Under the pieces are notes generated by a model. The model was not told the origin of the DNA and searched no databases. It was given only the letters and a program-made list of their open reading frames with translations. Positions 9,456 to 18,357 of a stretch of DNA of 64,000 nt are shown in pieces. Location of the stretch: positions 23,983-87,982 of IMG/VR virus record IMGVR_UViG_3300015371_000009; one strand, given 5' to 3'. Made by a program: the position numbers and the translations under genes. This DNA comes from a virus. Position 1 is the stretch's first letter. Every line of letters starts with the position of its first letter.

Positions 9456-9641
9456 GTGAAGATCATCCAGCACCCAGCGATGAAACCGGGACTCGTCGCG
9501 CTGCGACGTCGACACAAAATCGTTTGGATGGGTCCGCTGTCGCTGGCAGCACCGTGGACCAAGGTCGAGTGCGACGCCATCATCGTGTCGCCAGAAGACT
9601 ACGCCAAAATAAAACAGCTCGCCGAAGAGGACATGCAATGA
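9456..9641 (+). CDS. Small hypothetical protein
   Basis: GTG start after GGAGG; stop overlaps the next start. Confidence 0.5.
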   Translation: MKIIQHPAMKPGLVALRRRHKIVWMGPLSLAAPWTKVECDAIIVSPEDYAKIKQLAEEDMQ

Positions 9642-9841
9642 CCTGGTTTGGGTATCGGCTTTCGATGTGGGGCCCGCCGCTCGCGTTCAAAACCGAAGTG
9701 CAGCCGTCGGCCAATCTCACACCGGTCACGCGATACGATCACGAATATCCCAATCGACAAATTCGCAAGCTCACTGATGCCGACGCGGCGTTGACGATCG
9801 ATGCGTTGAAGCAAAAATTTCCGTACGTGAGGGAAGCATGA
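9638..9841 (+). CDS. Small hypothetical protein
   Basis: GAGGA RBS; ATGA overlaps at both ends. Confidence 0.55.
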   Translation: MTWFGYRLSMWGPPLAFKTEVQPSANLTPVTRYDHEYPNRQIRKLTDADAALTIDALKQKFPYVREA

Positions 9842-10308
9842 GCTACTGGGCCGTTGCTCAGACCGAACCGCAGCGCGAGCACATCGCGCGAGTGTTCCTG
9901 ATGCGTCACGGCTATGAGACTTACGCGCCGAGAGTCAAAATTCAGGGACGTGTGGCGCGGCTGTTCCCGACCTATATTTTCATCCGGATAGTCGACCGCT
10001 GGTATCCCGCGCGGTGGTCCATCGGCATCCAACGGATTCTGATGGCCGGTGAGGTCCCGGCAAAAGTCCCGGAGCGCGTCTTGAAGGATTTACGCGAGCG
10101 CGACAGCGGTGGCTTCGTGAAGCTGCCGCCAGCGAACAGATTGCGCATTGGCGCAAAAATGCGCGTCCTGCGCGGACCGTTTGCGGGCCACATCGGCCTT
10201 CACGACGGAATGTCCGGAGCTGACCGGCAACGCGTGCTGCTCGAGCTTTTGGGCCAGCACGTCAGCGTGGAAATGCCGGCGCGCGATATTGTGCCGTTGC
10301 CGTATTGA
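9838..10308 (+). CDS. NusG/RfaH-family antitermination protein (candidate late-gene regulator)
   Basis: NGN domain (YWAVAQT...LFPTYIF) and KOW domain (RVLRGPFAG...RVLLELLG). Confidence 0.88.
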   Translation: MSYWAVAQTEPQREHIARVFLMRHGYETYAPRVKIQGRVARLFPTYIFIRIVDRWYPARWSIGIQRILMAGEVPAKVPERVLKDLRERDSGGFVKLPPANRLRIGAKMRVLRGPFAGHIGLHDGMSGADRQRVLLELLGQHVSVEMPARDIVPLPY

Positions 10309-10319
10309 GCCCACCGCCG

Positions 10320-10349
10320 CTTGCGTCTGCAACGGTCTTGCGCTACTAG
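10320..10349 (+). promoter_or_regulatory. Candidate late promoter
   Basis: TTGCGT-N17-TACTAG just after the NusG-like gene. Confidence 0.45.
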
Positions 10350-10355
10350 CGAAAC

Positions 10356-10570
10356 ACCCAACCGAAAAAAATGGCTTTGCTGCTCAAGCGGATGGCTCGA
10401 AAACCGAGTCCCGCCGGTGTGCAGCGCGTTCGCTCCCGTAGCGGTTTTTCGGTTGGGTAGTTTACCGCTGCGGCTCTCGGTGCTAGGCGCCTTGTCCTCC
10501 CTCCTCCGACCCAGCTCGCGGCAAAGTCCCCCGATTTTTCCCGCATGCGCGGTCATTGGCGCCTAGCACC
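10356..10570 (+). ncRNA. Structured leader RNA or ncRNA candidate with two long stem-loops
   Basis: Perfect 14-bp inverted repeat (10356-10369 / 10445-10458) and perfect 13-bp inverted repeat (10479-10491 / 10558-10570). Confidence 0.5.
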
Positions 10571-10678
10571 AATTTTCCCAGTTTGTTCTCGGTGCCCGGA
10601 TTTTCGGGTAATTTCATATCCACGGTCGGGTTGCTGTTCCGTTCACGCCTGCCGATTTAATTTCCACTGGGGCGGACC

Positions 10679-10993
10679 ATGTTCGGACGAAAGCCCCCTC
10701 ACGATGAGTGGTACGGCACGGCCCGCTGGAAAAAGCGCCGTCGTGCGCAGCTGCTCCGTGAACCGCTGTGCGCCATGTGTTTGGCCAAGGCTTTGGTGGT
10801 GCCGGCGGAGGTGGCCGACCACGTCATCCCCCACAGGGGTGACCCGAAACTGTTTTGGTTTGGGAAGCTCCAGTCCCTATGCGCCAACCATCACAACAGC
10901 GCTAAAAAGGAAATGGAAACAAGGGGTTATGCCTCAGACATTGGCATAGATGGGTATCCTATCGATCCCATGCACCCTGCAAATCGTGTTTAG
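10679..10993 (+). CDS. HNH endonuclease (HK97 gp74-like terminase cofactor)
   Basis: EPLCAMC...ADHVIPHRGD...LQSLCANHHN; located just before terS. Confidence 0.9.
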   Translation: MFGRKPPHDEWYGTARWKKRRRAQLLREPLCAMCLAKALVVPAEVADHVIPHRGDPKLFWFGKLQSLCANHHNSAKKEMETRGYASDIGIDGYPIDPMHPANRV

Positions 10994-11099
10994 GAACAAG
11001 GACTTACACCTACAACCCTGCCGTGCTGGCCTATATACGTGCACAGTGTTGACACAATCCCACAACCTAGAGTTCTAAGGGGTTCCGAGTGCGCAACTT

Positions 11100-11420
11100 T
11101 ATTTCGAGGTCATTTTGACCGTTGCAAGCCATTGATTTGATTGAGGAAATAGCGCTGCGTTTTCGGGAAAAAGATTGAACAATATCAATGGGTTACAAAG
11201 TGGGTTTGGGTCCATTCAATAGGAAGGGCGTGGGTGAGCTGTAATCGCGACCCATTCCCTTCCTTCGTCCAGGGGGGCCGGGCCGCATGGGCGGCCAGCT
11301 GCGGCCAGCTGGCAAGGCATGGGGCCGGGGGGGATGTCCAAATTAAAATAGATAGGACAGAATTCCAGCGCGGCGGCGCTGCAAAATTTCCATTTCACAA
11401 AGGGGGTCGTTTGGGGTTTT
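11100..11420. promoter_or_regulatory. Candidate cos/packaging region with two inverted IHF consensus sites
   Basis: Non-coding gap between HNH and terS. WATCAANNNNTTR matches at 11125-11137 (-) and 11183-11195 (+). G-run GGGGCCGGGGGGGA near 11321-11335. Palindromic box at 11108-11120. Confidence 0.55.
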
Positions 11421-11450
11421 TTCTTCCAAAGTTCCAACAATGAGGCGCAA

Positions 11451-12266
11451 ATGCGGCACAAGCCTAAAAAGGGCATACGACAGGTTGCAAAGGGTTGTGC
11501 CGGGGAACCCGAGGAACTTGGTCTGCAACCTGTAGCATACACTGCGGAACTTCCTGGCGATCGCCCGCCCGCCCCGGAATGGTTTGAGGCTGACGAACGC
11601 GCCGAATGGACTGCCATTGTCGACCGCATGCCTTCGGGCTGGTTTACGCGCGAGACACATCAATTGCTTGCCGAGTTGTGCACGTTGACGTGCCTGTCCC
11701 GGAAGGTGACCGAGGAGTTGCAGGCGGTTCGGCAGAGGTCGCTTTCGATCCCCGCGCACATGGCTGACTTCGGTCGGCTGACCACGATGAAAATCCGGCT
11801 GACCAGCGCGATGGCGAACGTCGCGTCGAAGCTGCGCCTGACCCATCGAAGCCGCTACGACGCGAGAGCCGCAGCCGATGCCGAAAAGAAGGGCACTCGA
11901 CACCAAAAACCGTGGGAGCTTGGGCGCGGAGATAATCCAATGGATCGAAGCCGCGTGCTTCGTCCCGGAGGGCGCGCTAGTTGGCCAGCCGCTGATTCTG
12001 GCGCCGTGGCAGCGCCGCGAGATAATCAGAATCTACGACAACCCCGCGGGGACCAGGCGCGCGATCCTGTCGTTCGGCCGCAAGAATGGCAAAACCGCGC
12101 TGGCCGCGCTGCTGATGCTGGTGCACTTGCTGGGCCCGTGCCGGCGGATCAACAGCCAACTATTCAGCACGGCTCAGAGCCGCGACCAGGCGGCGCTGAT
12201 CTTTCGGCTGGCAGCGAAAATTGTGCGCATGTCGCCGATATTGTCGGCGGCGACCGTGATCCGTGA
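11451..12266 (+). CDS. terS: Terminase small subunit
   Basis: RPPAPEW...EW..IV...LRLTHRSR...KPWE pattern and position; the frame extends into terL. Confidence 0.75.
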   Translation: MRHKPKKGIRQVAKGCAGEPEELGLQPVAYTAELPGDRPPAPEWFEADERAEWTAIVDRMPSGWFTRETHQLLAELCTLTCLSRKVTEELQAVRQRSLSIPAHMADFGRLTTMKIRLTSAMANVASKLRLTHRSRYDARAAADAEKKGTRHQKPWELGRGDNPMDRSRVLRPGGRASWPAADSGAVAAPRDNQNLRQPRGDQARDPVVRPQEWQNRAGRAADAGALAGPVPADQQPTIQHGSEPRPGGADLSAGSENCAHVADIVGGDRDP

Positions 12267-13425
12267 AGGATCGAAGCAGCTGATCTGCGAGGAGGTTGGC
12301 AGCGTCTATCGCGCACTGAGTGCCGAGGTGCCGACCGCGTTCGGCTTGTCGCCAAGCTTCACGATCCACGATGAGCTGGGCCAAGTCCGCGGTCCGCGCT
12401 ACGCGCTGTACGAAGCGCTCGAGACAGCGACCGGCGCGCAGTCCGATCCACTCTCAATCATCATCAGCACGCAAGCGCGCACCGACGCGGATTTGCTTTC
12501 GATCCTGATCGATGACGCGTTGCGCGGCGACGATCCCTCGACCGTGGTTTCGCTTTACACCGCCCCGATGGATGCCGATCCGTTTGCGCTCGAGACACTG
12601 CGGCTGGCGAACCCGGCGCTGGGCAACTTTCTCAACCCACGTGAGGTCATGGCGATGGCCGAGGATGCACGCCGCATGCCCGCGCGCGAACCGGAATTCC
12701 GCAATCTGATTCTCAATCAACGCGTGGAGGCCAACAATCCATTCGTCAAGCCGGCACTCTGGAAAGCTTGCGCCGGCGAGCCGGTCGATCTGCGCGGCCG
12801 CGAAATTTATGCCGGCCTCGATTTGTCGGAGACTTCCGACCTGACCGCGCTGGTGATCATCGGCAAGATCGACAAGGTCTGGCGCGTCCAGCCGACGTTC
12901 TGGCTGCCGGGCGTCGGCCTCGCCGACAAGGCTCGAGCCGATCGCGTGCCGTACGACACCTGGGCCAACAAAGGCTTCCTGCTGACGACGCCGGGCAAGT
13001 CGGTGGACTACGAGTTTGTTGCGCACTTCCTACGCAACGAATTGTTTGAAAAATACAAGGTCAAAAAAATTGCGTTCGATCGCTGGAATTTCAAACATCT
13101 CAAACCGTGGTTGCTCAACGCCGGGCTGAGCGAAAAGCTTGTCACTGACACGTTCGTCGAGTTCGGTCAGGGCACGCAGTCCATGTCACCGGCGCTGCGC
13201 GAGTTGGAGTCGATGATCCTTGAGCGGCAAATCCAACATCCGGATAACCCCGTGCTCAACATGTGCGCCAGCAACGCGGTCGTGGAAGGCAACGACAGCT
13301 CGAACCGCAAGCTTTCAAAGAAGCGCTCAAGCGGCCGGATCGACGGCATGGTTGCGCTTGCGATGGCCGTCGGCGTGGCGCCGCTGAAGGCGAAGGCGAT
13401 CGACATCTCGGCGCTCATTGGCTGA
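11878..13425 (+). CDS. terL: Terminase large subunit
   Basis: GRKNGKT Walker A, IHDELG Walker B, GLDLSETSDLTA and RIDGMVAL nuclease motifs. Confidence 0.95.
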   Translation: MPKRRALDTKNRGSLGAEIIQWIEAACFVPEGALVGQPLILAPWQRREIIRIYDNPAGTRRAILSFGRKNGKTALAALLMLVHLLGPCRRINSQLFSTAQSRDQAALIFRLAAKIVRMSPILSAATVIREGSKQLICEEVGSVYRALSAEVPTAFGLSPSFTIHDELGQVRGPRYALYEALETATGAQSDPLSIIISTQARTDADLLSILIDDALRGDDPSTVVSLYTAPMDADPFALETLRLANPALGNFLNPREVMAMAEDARRMPAREPEFRNLILNQRVEANNPFVKPALWKACAGEPVDLRGREIYAGLDLSETSDLTALVIIGKIDKVWRVQPTFWLPGVGLADKARADRVPYDTWANKGFLLTTPGKSVDYEFVAHFLRNELFEKYKVKKIAFDRWNFKHLKPWLLNAGLSEKLVTDTFVEFGQGTQSMSPALRELESMILERQIQHPDNPVLNMCASNAVVEGNDSSNRKLSKKRSSGRIDGMVALAMAVGVAPLKAKAIDISALIG

Positions 13426-13431
13426 CGTCGG

Positions 13432-13932
13432 TCACTCAGCCGCGACCAGACGCGGGCGGAACGGCTCGGCTGGCTGCTCGGGCTCGGCTTCCGGTTTGGG
13501 CTTCCGCAGCCGCTTGAGCCGTGATGCCGAGATTTCCCGCGACCGTTTCAACTGGCGCCGTAGCTCGGTGTTCTGTTCTTCGAGATGCCTGTAGCTTTGG
13601 TCGGTCGGGTTGCCCCGCAATACAACATCGAGAGCCTTGCTGGCCCATGCAAACAGGTTGTCGCGGGGCTGTAACGGCTCGACCTGCCAACTGTGGTTCA
13701 AGAAATACTCAGGCACCGTGACTTCGCCGCAGACATGGCTGTGTCCGACTTGCTCGGCCTTGGGAAATCGAAAGCACCAGCCTTCAAGCCTGCCGTGATT
13801 TTTGACGTACTGAACCCACGTGTATTGATCCCAGTCGTCGCCGCATAACCCTTCACATCGGCCAGCTTCACGATCGGCCTTGTGCTGTGGCGGCTCGGTT
13901 GCTCGGAAGTAGCGGCAGATCAAACATGGCAT
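13432..13932 (-). CDS. Hypothetical Cys-containing protein (moron-like insertion)
   Basis: AGGAGG RBS; flanked by a duplicated terL 3' end. Confidence 0.7.
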   Translation of the reverse strand: MPCLICRYFRATEPPQHKADREAGRCEGLCGDDWDQYTWVQYVKNHGRLEGWCFRFPKAEQVGHSHVCGEVTVPEYFLNHSWQVEPLQPRDNLFAWASKALDVVLRGNPTDQSYRHLEEQNTELRRQLKRSREISASRLKRLRKPKPEAEPEQPAEPFRPRLVAAE

Positions 13933-13956
13933 GGTCGTTTCCTCCTAACGCTCACG

Positions 13957-13989
13957 AAGGCGATCGACATTTCCGCGCTGATCGGATGA
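13957..13989 (+). repeat. Second, synonymously recoded copy of the terL 3' end
   Basis: Encodes KAIDISALIG*, as does 13393-13425. Confidence 0.85.
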
Positions 13990-14120
13990 TACCGGCCGGG
14001 CACACCGGATGTGGGCGTCACCTGACCATTGGCCCGGCCGGTATCCTGGGGTCGGAGGGCAACAGCGCCGTGGATGACATGCATCGCTTGGCCACACCGA
14101 CCTTGCGCAGATCGTAACCC

Positions 14121-14369
14121 ATGAGTGAGCTAGAAATCAAAGCTGTCGAAATCGCGAAGCTGCAGCTGGCGCCCGGCGACATCGTGCTGCTGAAGGTCAA
14201 CGAAATTCTAGCGGCGGATCAAGTCGATCATTTGCGCAAGATGATGCTGCCGCTGCTGCCCAACGACGTGCGCTGTCTGGTGCTGAGCCGCGGCATGGAC
14301 GTTTCGGTCTTGACCAAAGCCGAGGTCGAGCGCATGGCCGACACCGGCATCGCCAACGGTTGCGACTGA
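14121..14369 (+). CDS. Hypothetical protein
   Basis: Protein-like ORF (LQLAPGDIVLLKV). Confidence 0.6.
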   Translation: MSELEIKAVEIAKLQLAPGDIVLLKVNEILAADQVDHLRKMMLPLLPNDVRCLVLSRGMDVSVLTKAEVERMADTGIANGCD

Positions 14370-14371
14370 CC

Positions 14372-14647
14372 ATGAGCATGACCACCGCCAATCTTGCCGC
14401 CGTGTTAACGGCGCCGAAGGCTCTCAGCGCCGCCGACGTGGCGCGCCTCAAGCGCGAATGGGAGCGCTGCTACACTGGCAAAGGCCACCGCGTGGCGATC
14501 CTTACTGAGCCGCGCGCATCGACGCGCCGTTATGATCCGTACTTCTGGCAGGCGCCGCCGCTGGTGATCCGCAGCGCCACGGAATTGCTGATGCAAGCAA
14601 CCGTCATCGGCGGCACCGCGACAGCGCTGCTGGCGCTGTTGTTCTGA
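14372..14647 (+). CDS. Hypothetical protein with C-terminal hydrophobic segment
   Basis: Operon spacing. Confidence 0.5.
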   Translation: MSMTTANLAAVLTAPKALSAADVARLKREWERCYTGKGHRVAILTEPRASTRRYDPYFWQAPPLVIRSATELLMQATVIGGTATALLALLF

Positions 14648-14648
14648 A

Positions 14649-15212
14649 ATGCTGCCGACCGTCAAGCTCGAGGCGCCGCCGATCGCCGGCCCGTTCAGTC
14701 AGTATTTGAACGCGCGCGAAACGTCGGTGCTCGTGCACCTGGTCGGCCGGGTCAACCCGTGCACCATGATCGAGTTTGGCTGCAACGTCGGCCGCACCGC
14801 GTGTCGCGTGCTCGACAACGTGCCGTCGATCGAGACTTACGTTGGCATCGACGTGCCGACGTTGTTTCGGCCGGTGCTGCATTGCCAGCGCAATGAGGTG
14901 CCGGCGCGCGCCGGGATCGAGGCCAGCGATCGCGACAATTTCTATCTGCTCGAGTGTCCCGGCGGCGCCACCGAATTGCTGGAAAACGACCTTGAGCGCT
15001 GCGAGGCAGTGTTCATCGATGGCTGCCATAGCGAATACGGCGTGCTGGCCGATAGCCGGCTGGCCCGCGCACTGCTCAAGCCCGGCGGCGTCATCGTCTG
15101 GCACGATTACGCCAATCCCGGCGTCGAGGTGACGCGCGCGCTCGACCAGCTGCACGCGCAAGGCTGGCCGCTGCAGCACGTCGAAGGCACTTGGTTGGCG
15201 TTCATGCACTGA
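14649..15212 (+). CDS. Class I SAM-dependent methyltransferase (Methyltransf_24-like)
   Basis: IEFGCNVGRT, VFIDGCHSEY and LLKPGGVIVWHDY motifs. Confidence 0.85.
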   Translation: MLPTVKLEAPPIAGPFSQYLNARETSVLVHLVGRVNPCTMIEFGCNVGRTACRVLDNVPSIETYVGIDVPTLFRPVLHCQRNEVPARAGIEASDRDNFYLLECPGGATELLENDLERCEAVFIDGCHSEYGVLADSRLARALLKPGGVIVWHDYANPGVEVTRALDQLHAQGWPLQHVEGTWLAFMH

Positions 15213-15364
15213 GTTGGGGGGTTTTGAAGTTGCTTCAAAACCCAGGTCAGACTTCAAGGCGCGCGGTTCTGCCGTGCCCCGCGCTCCGATCCCGGAGCGA
15301 AGCCACTCCGGGCTTTTTCGGTAATTTATTCCAACGGAATAAATCAAAAATCTGGAGGCCGCCC

Positions 15365-15748
15365 ATGTCGTCGCTGCAAATCATCACCGGTCCGGTGATC
15401 GAAGCCGGCGAAAGCCTGTCGGACGCAATCGACTGCGGCAATGGCGAGATGGTTCGCATCACCATGCCGGCGGATTGGAGCGGCGGCGTGCTGACGTTTG
15501 CAATCTCAACCGACGGCGAAGGCTTCAACGACGTCTACAGCTTCGACGGCGACGAAGTCGCGATCAACGTGGTGCGCGGCTCGGCAGTGTTTGTGCCGCA
15601 GGCCATGGGACGCGCGGTCAAGTTCATCAAGTTTCGGTCTGGCACCAGCAAAAATCCGCAGCCGCAAGAGCAGCGCCGCGAATTCGCGGTGGCGGTCGAG
15701 CAGGGCGGCGGCGCCGACATTGAAGTAACGCCGCAGCGTCGCTCCTGA
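15365..15748 (+). CDS. Hypothetical beta-rich phage protein
   Basis: GGAGG RBS; SLSDAIDC...MPADW...LTFAISTDG. Confidence 0.7.
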   Translation: MSSLQIITGPVIEAGESLSDAIDCGNGEMVRITMPADWSGGVLTFAISTDGEGFNDVYSFDGDEVAINVVRGSAVFVPQAMGRAVKFIKFRSGTSKNPQPQEQRREFAVAVEQGGGADIEVTPQRRS

Positions 15749-15896
15749 TCGAGATTGACAACGATCGCGATTGAGGAAAAATTAAAACCGCCTTCAGTCG
15801 GGGTCGTTGAGGGCGCCTCACAACTTGCAACGACATTTACCCGCGGTGATGTCGGCCATCCTGGCCGGCACACCTAAACTGAAAGGACATAGCGTT

Positions 15897-16493
15897 ATGG
15901 CACGAGCAAGTCTGGCCTATATCATTCTGCTCGAGGATAGTGGCGGCGGCTCGCCGCCCGGCATTTGGGGCGGGCCGCCGTTGTATCCCGACCAAGGTCT
16001 GCCGGGATGGCAGCCGCGTCCCTCGCATCCGATTGCACCCGGTGGTCAGCCTCCCTATCCATCTCAGGGTCCGGGCTTTCCTACCCATCCCATCGCTCCG
16101 GGTGGTCAGCCTCCCTATCCATCTCAGGGTCCAGGCTTTCCGACGCATCCGATCGCACCGGGCGGCAAGCCTCCAGGCATTTGGGGCGGCCCACCGCTCT
16201 ACCCTGACCAAGGCCTTCCTGGTCCGCAACCAACGCCGACTCCGCCGATCTATCTGCCGCCTGGGACTATACCGGGGCATCCTTCGCATCCGATCTACAT
16301 CCCGCCATCGATCTGGCCGTCGCCGGGCGTTCCCACGCATCCGATCGTGCTGCCGCCGGAAGGTTCGGGCGACAAGCCGGAGGTGCTGGAAAACTGGGAG
16401 GTGAAAACCGCGTGGTCGCCGAATAGCGGCTGGGTAGTTGCCATCGTACCTTCGGAGGAGCATCCGGGCGTGCCAACGCCGTCAGAAAAATGA
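15897..16493 (+). CDS. Proline-rich repeat protein
   Basis: AAGGA RBS; repeats PPGIWGGPPLYPDQGLPG and P(T/S)HPI. Confidence 0.75.
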   Translation: MARASLAYIILLEDSGGGSPPGIWGGPPLYPDQGLPGWQPRPSHPIAPGGQPPYPSQGPGFPTHPIAPGGQPPYPSQGPGFPTHPIAPGGKPPGIWGGPPLYPDQGLPGPQPTPTPPIYLPPGTIPGHPSHPIYIPPSIWPSPGVPTHPIVLPPEGSGDKPEVLENWEVKTAWSPNSGWVVAIVPSEEHPGVPTPSEK

Positions 16494-16506
16494 CGTCGCA
16501 ACACTA

Positions 16507-16547
16507 GCGCGGCCCGTTTCGAATTGGCCTTCGTTGGCGGGCCGCGC
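16507..16547 (+). terminator. Hairpin after the Pro-rich gene
   Basis: GCGCGGCCCG...CGGGCCGCGC inverted repeat. Confidence 0.45.
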
Positions 16548-16705
16548 CAAAGACTCACCGAACTGCGTCGACTGGTGGGGTTCAAGCCGGACAAGCCTGC
16601 TTTACCAGCAAATTGATGCTTCCCCTCGGTGAGGGCGGCGGCGCCTAGCCCGCACGCAAGGTGCCGCCGCCACAAATTTCAGGGGATCGCAGTGTGACCC
16701 GACCG

Positions 16706-16885
16706 ATGAACGACTGGCGCCCGATCGACAGCGCGCCGCGTGACGGCACGGAAGTCTACTTGCATTTGAATTTTCCGAACGGCGTCCCGGCCTACTGGGA
16801 CCGTGAGCTGAAGACTTGGGTTTTGTGTCGGCCGCTGCACATCGAGTCGCTGCGCGAGCCGAAAGCCTGGAGGCCTAAGCCATGA
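16706..16885 (+). CDS. Small phage protein (WxPIxxAPxDG type)
   Basis: [12 protein letters not shown] motif. Confidence 0.65.
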   Translation: MNDWRPIDSAPRDGTEVYLHLNFPNGVPAYWDRELKTWVLCRPLHIESLREPKAWRPKP

Positions 16886-17502
16886 TCGTCTGGCTGCTGA
16901 CTGTCACGCTCAAAGCCAACGCGGTGCTCGGGCTCGGCGGCATCGCCACCGAAGCCGAATGCAAACGGCTGGCGCCGCTGATCGAGCAAGGTGCCCCCTA
17001 CACTTGCATCCAGTACGATGCCGCAAATCTCGGCGCCGGCATGCAAGGCCCGCCCGGTCCGCAAGGCCCCGCCGGTCCGCCCGGTCCGACCGGCACAACC
17101 GGCGCTCGCGGTGCCACCGGTCCGGCCGGTCCAACCGGTCCCACTGGAACTGCTGGGCCTGTCGGTCCCGAAGGTGATCCCGGTCCGCAAGGCATCGCCG
17201 GCCCGGTTGGTCCCAAGGGCAACACCGGCGCGACCGGTCCCGCCGGTTCTGTCGGGCCGATCGGTCCGCAAGGCGTCGCTGGCGCGAAGGGTGATGTCGG
17301 GCCCGTTGGTCCAGTTGGTCCGATGGGGCCGCAAGGTCCGGAAGGGCCGCAGGGTCCGCCGGGTCCTGCCGGCAGCGGCACCGGCGCGAGCTTGCCGGCG
17401 CAGCCGAAAGCCGAATGTCTCTGGAGTGGCACGGCCTGGGTCTGCAAGGAAACAGCTCAATACCTGACCGACGAACCAACGCCACCACCGCCAGCAAAAT
17501 GA
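16882..17502 (+). CDS. Collagen-like protein
   Basis: Continuous Gly-X-Y run flanked by Cys-containing ends. Confidence 0.85.
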   Translation: MIVWLLTVTLKANAVLGLGGIATEAECKRLAPLIEQGAPYTCIQYDAANLGAGMQGPPGPQGPAGPPGPTGTTGARGATGPAGPTGPTGTAGPVGPEGDPGPQGIAGPVGPKGNTGATGPAGSVGPIGPQGVAGAKGDVGPVGPVGPMGPQGPEGPQGPPGPAGSGTGASLPAQPKAECLWSGTAWVCKETAQYLTDEPTPPPPAK

Positions 17503-18185
17503 CCGAGACTCTGCTTGGCAATCTCTCGCCGGTGGAGCGCCTCGAGCTGAAGGTCGCCGTTGCGCGCGCCTATCTTGCCGGCAAGCCGGTGAACGAATTC
17601 ATGGTCGAGCATGCCGACTGCTCGATGCCACGCTGGCTGATCCAAAAGCTCTACCGCAAATGTTTCGACGTCGACGGCGACAAGGCGCCGCGCTGCCGGC
17701 ATTGTCCGGACAAGCACGTCGGTCACAAAGGCGTTTGCCGGGTCGCGCGGCCAGCGCCGCCGGAGCCGCCGCCGCTGCCGGATCAATACGTCAGCACCGC
17801 TTGCCCATGTTGCGGCAACGAACTCGGACGCGAAACGCTGGCGATCGACATCAACAGCAACCGCATGGCCTACCGCGGCCAGCATTGGAAATTGCAGCCG
17901 CAAGTCGCGGTATTTATGCAGACCGTCGCGCAAGCTTGGCCGAAGCCGGCCGATGCCGCTTCGTTGCAATTCGCCCTATGGGGCGCCGCCGATGGCCCGC
18001 GTTGCGCCGATACCACGCTGAAAACGTATGCCAGCAAGCTGCGCGGGCTGCTGGCCGGCACGGGTGTCGAATTACATACCGGCAACCGCCCCGGTTCCTA
18101 TTTGCTATGGCTGCCGGAAGGCCAGTCCGTGCATGCCGCCTGCACGGAACCCAGTCCAAAAAATAATAGTGCGATCGCGGCTTGA
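17499..18185 (+). CDS. Putative regulator with C-terminal winged helix
   Basis: LW...[13 protein letters not shown]...G.Y.L (OmpR-C-like) plus Cys clusters. Confidence 0.6.
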   Translation: MTETLLGNLSPVERLELKVAVARAYLAGKPVNEFMVEHADCSMPRWLIQKLYRKCFDVDGDKAPRCRHCPDKHVGHKGVCRVARPAPPEPPPLPDQYVSTACPCCGNELGRETLAIDINSNRMAYRGQHWKLQPQVAVFMQTVAQAWPKPADAASLQFALWGAADGPRCADTTLKTYASKLRGLLAGTGVELHTGNRPGSYLLWLPEGQSVHAACTEPSPKNNSAIAA

Positions 18186-18357
18186 CTCGGAGGTCCAAAA
18201 AACGAATCGTTCTCGCTTCAGCATCCCGCTCCAGAGCACAAGATGGCGCAGGAATTCTGAAAATCGCAATGCTGGTTGGGCCGGGTGGAAGCGCGCTCTG
18301 ACCACGTTTTCGGAAAGGCTCGGCAATCCTGCCGGCCTGTGTAGGAGGCTTGTTCCT

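Noticed and set aside
15950-16350. Repeats considered as a CRISPR array
   Set aside because: They are in-frame coding repeats with synonymous variation; there are no unique spacers and no cas genes.
16998-17447. Collagen-like minus-strand ORF (also 54876-55244)
   Set aside because: GGN/CCN codon symmetry makes Gly-Pro repeats read on both strands.
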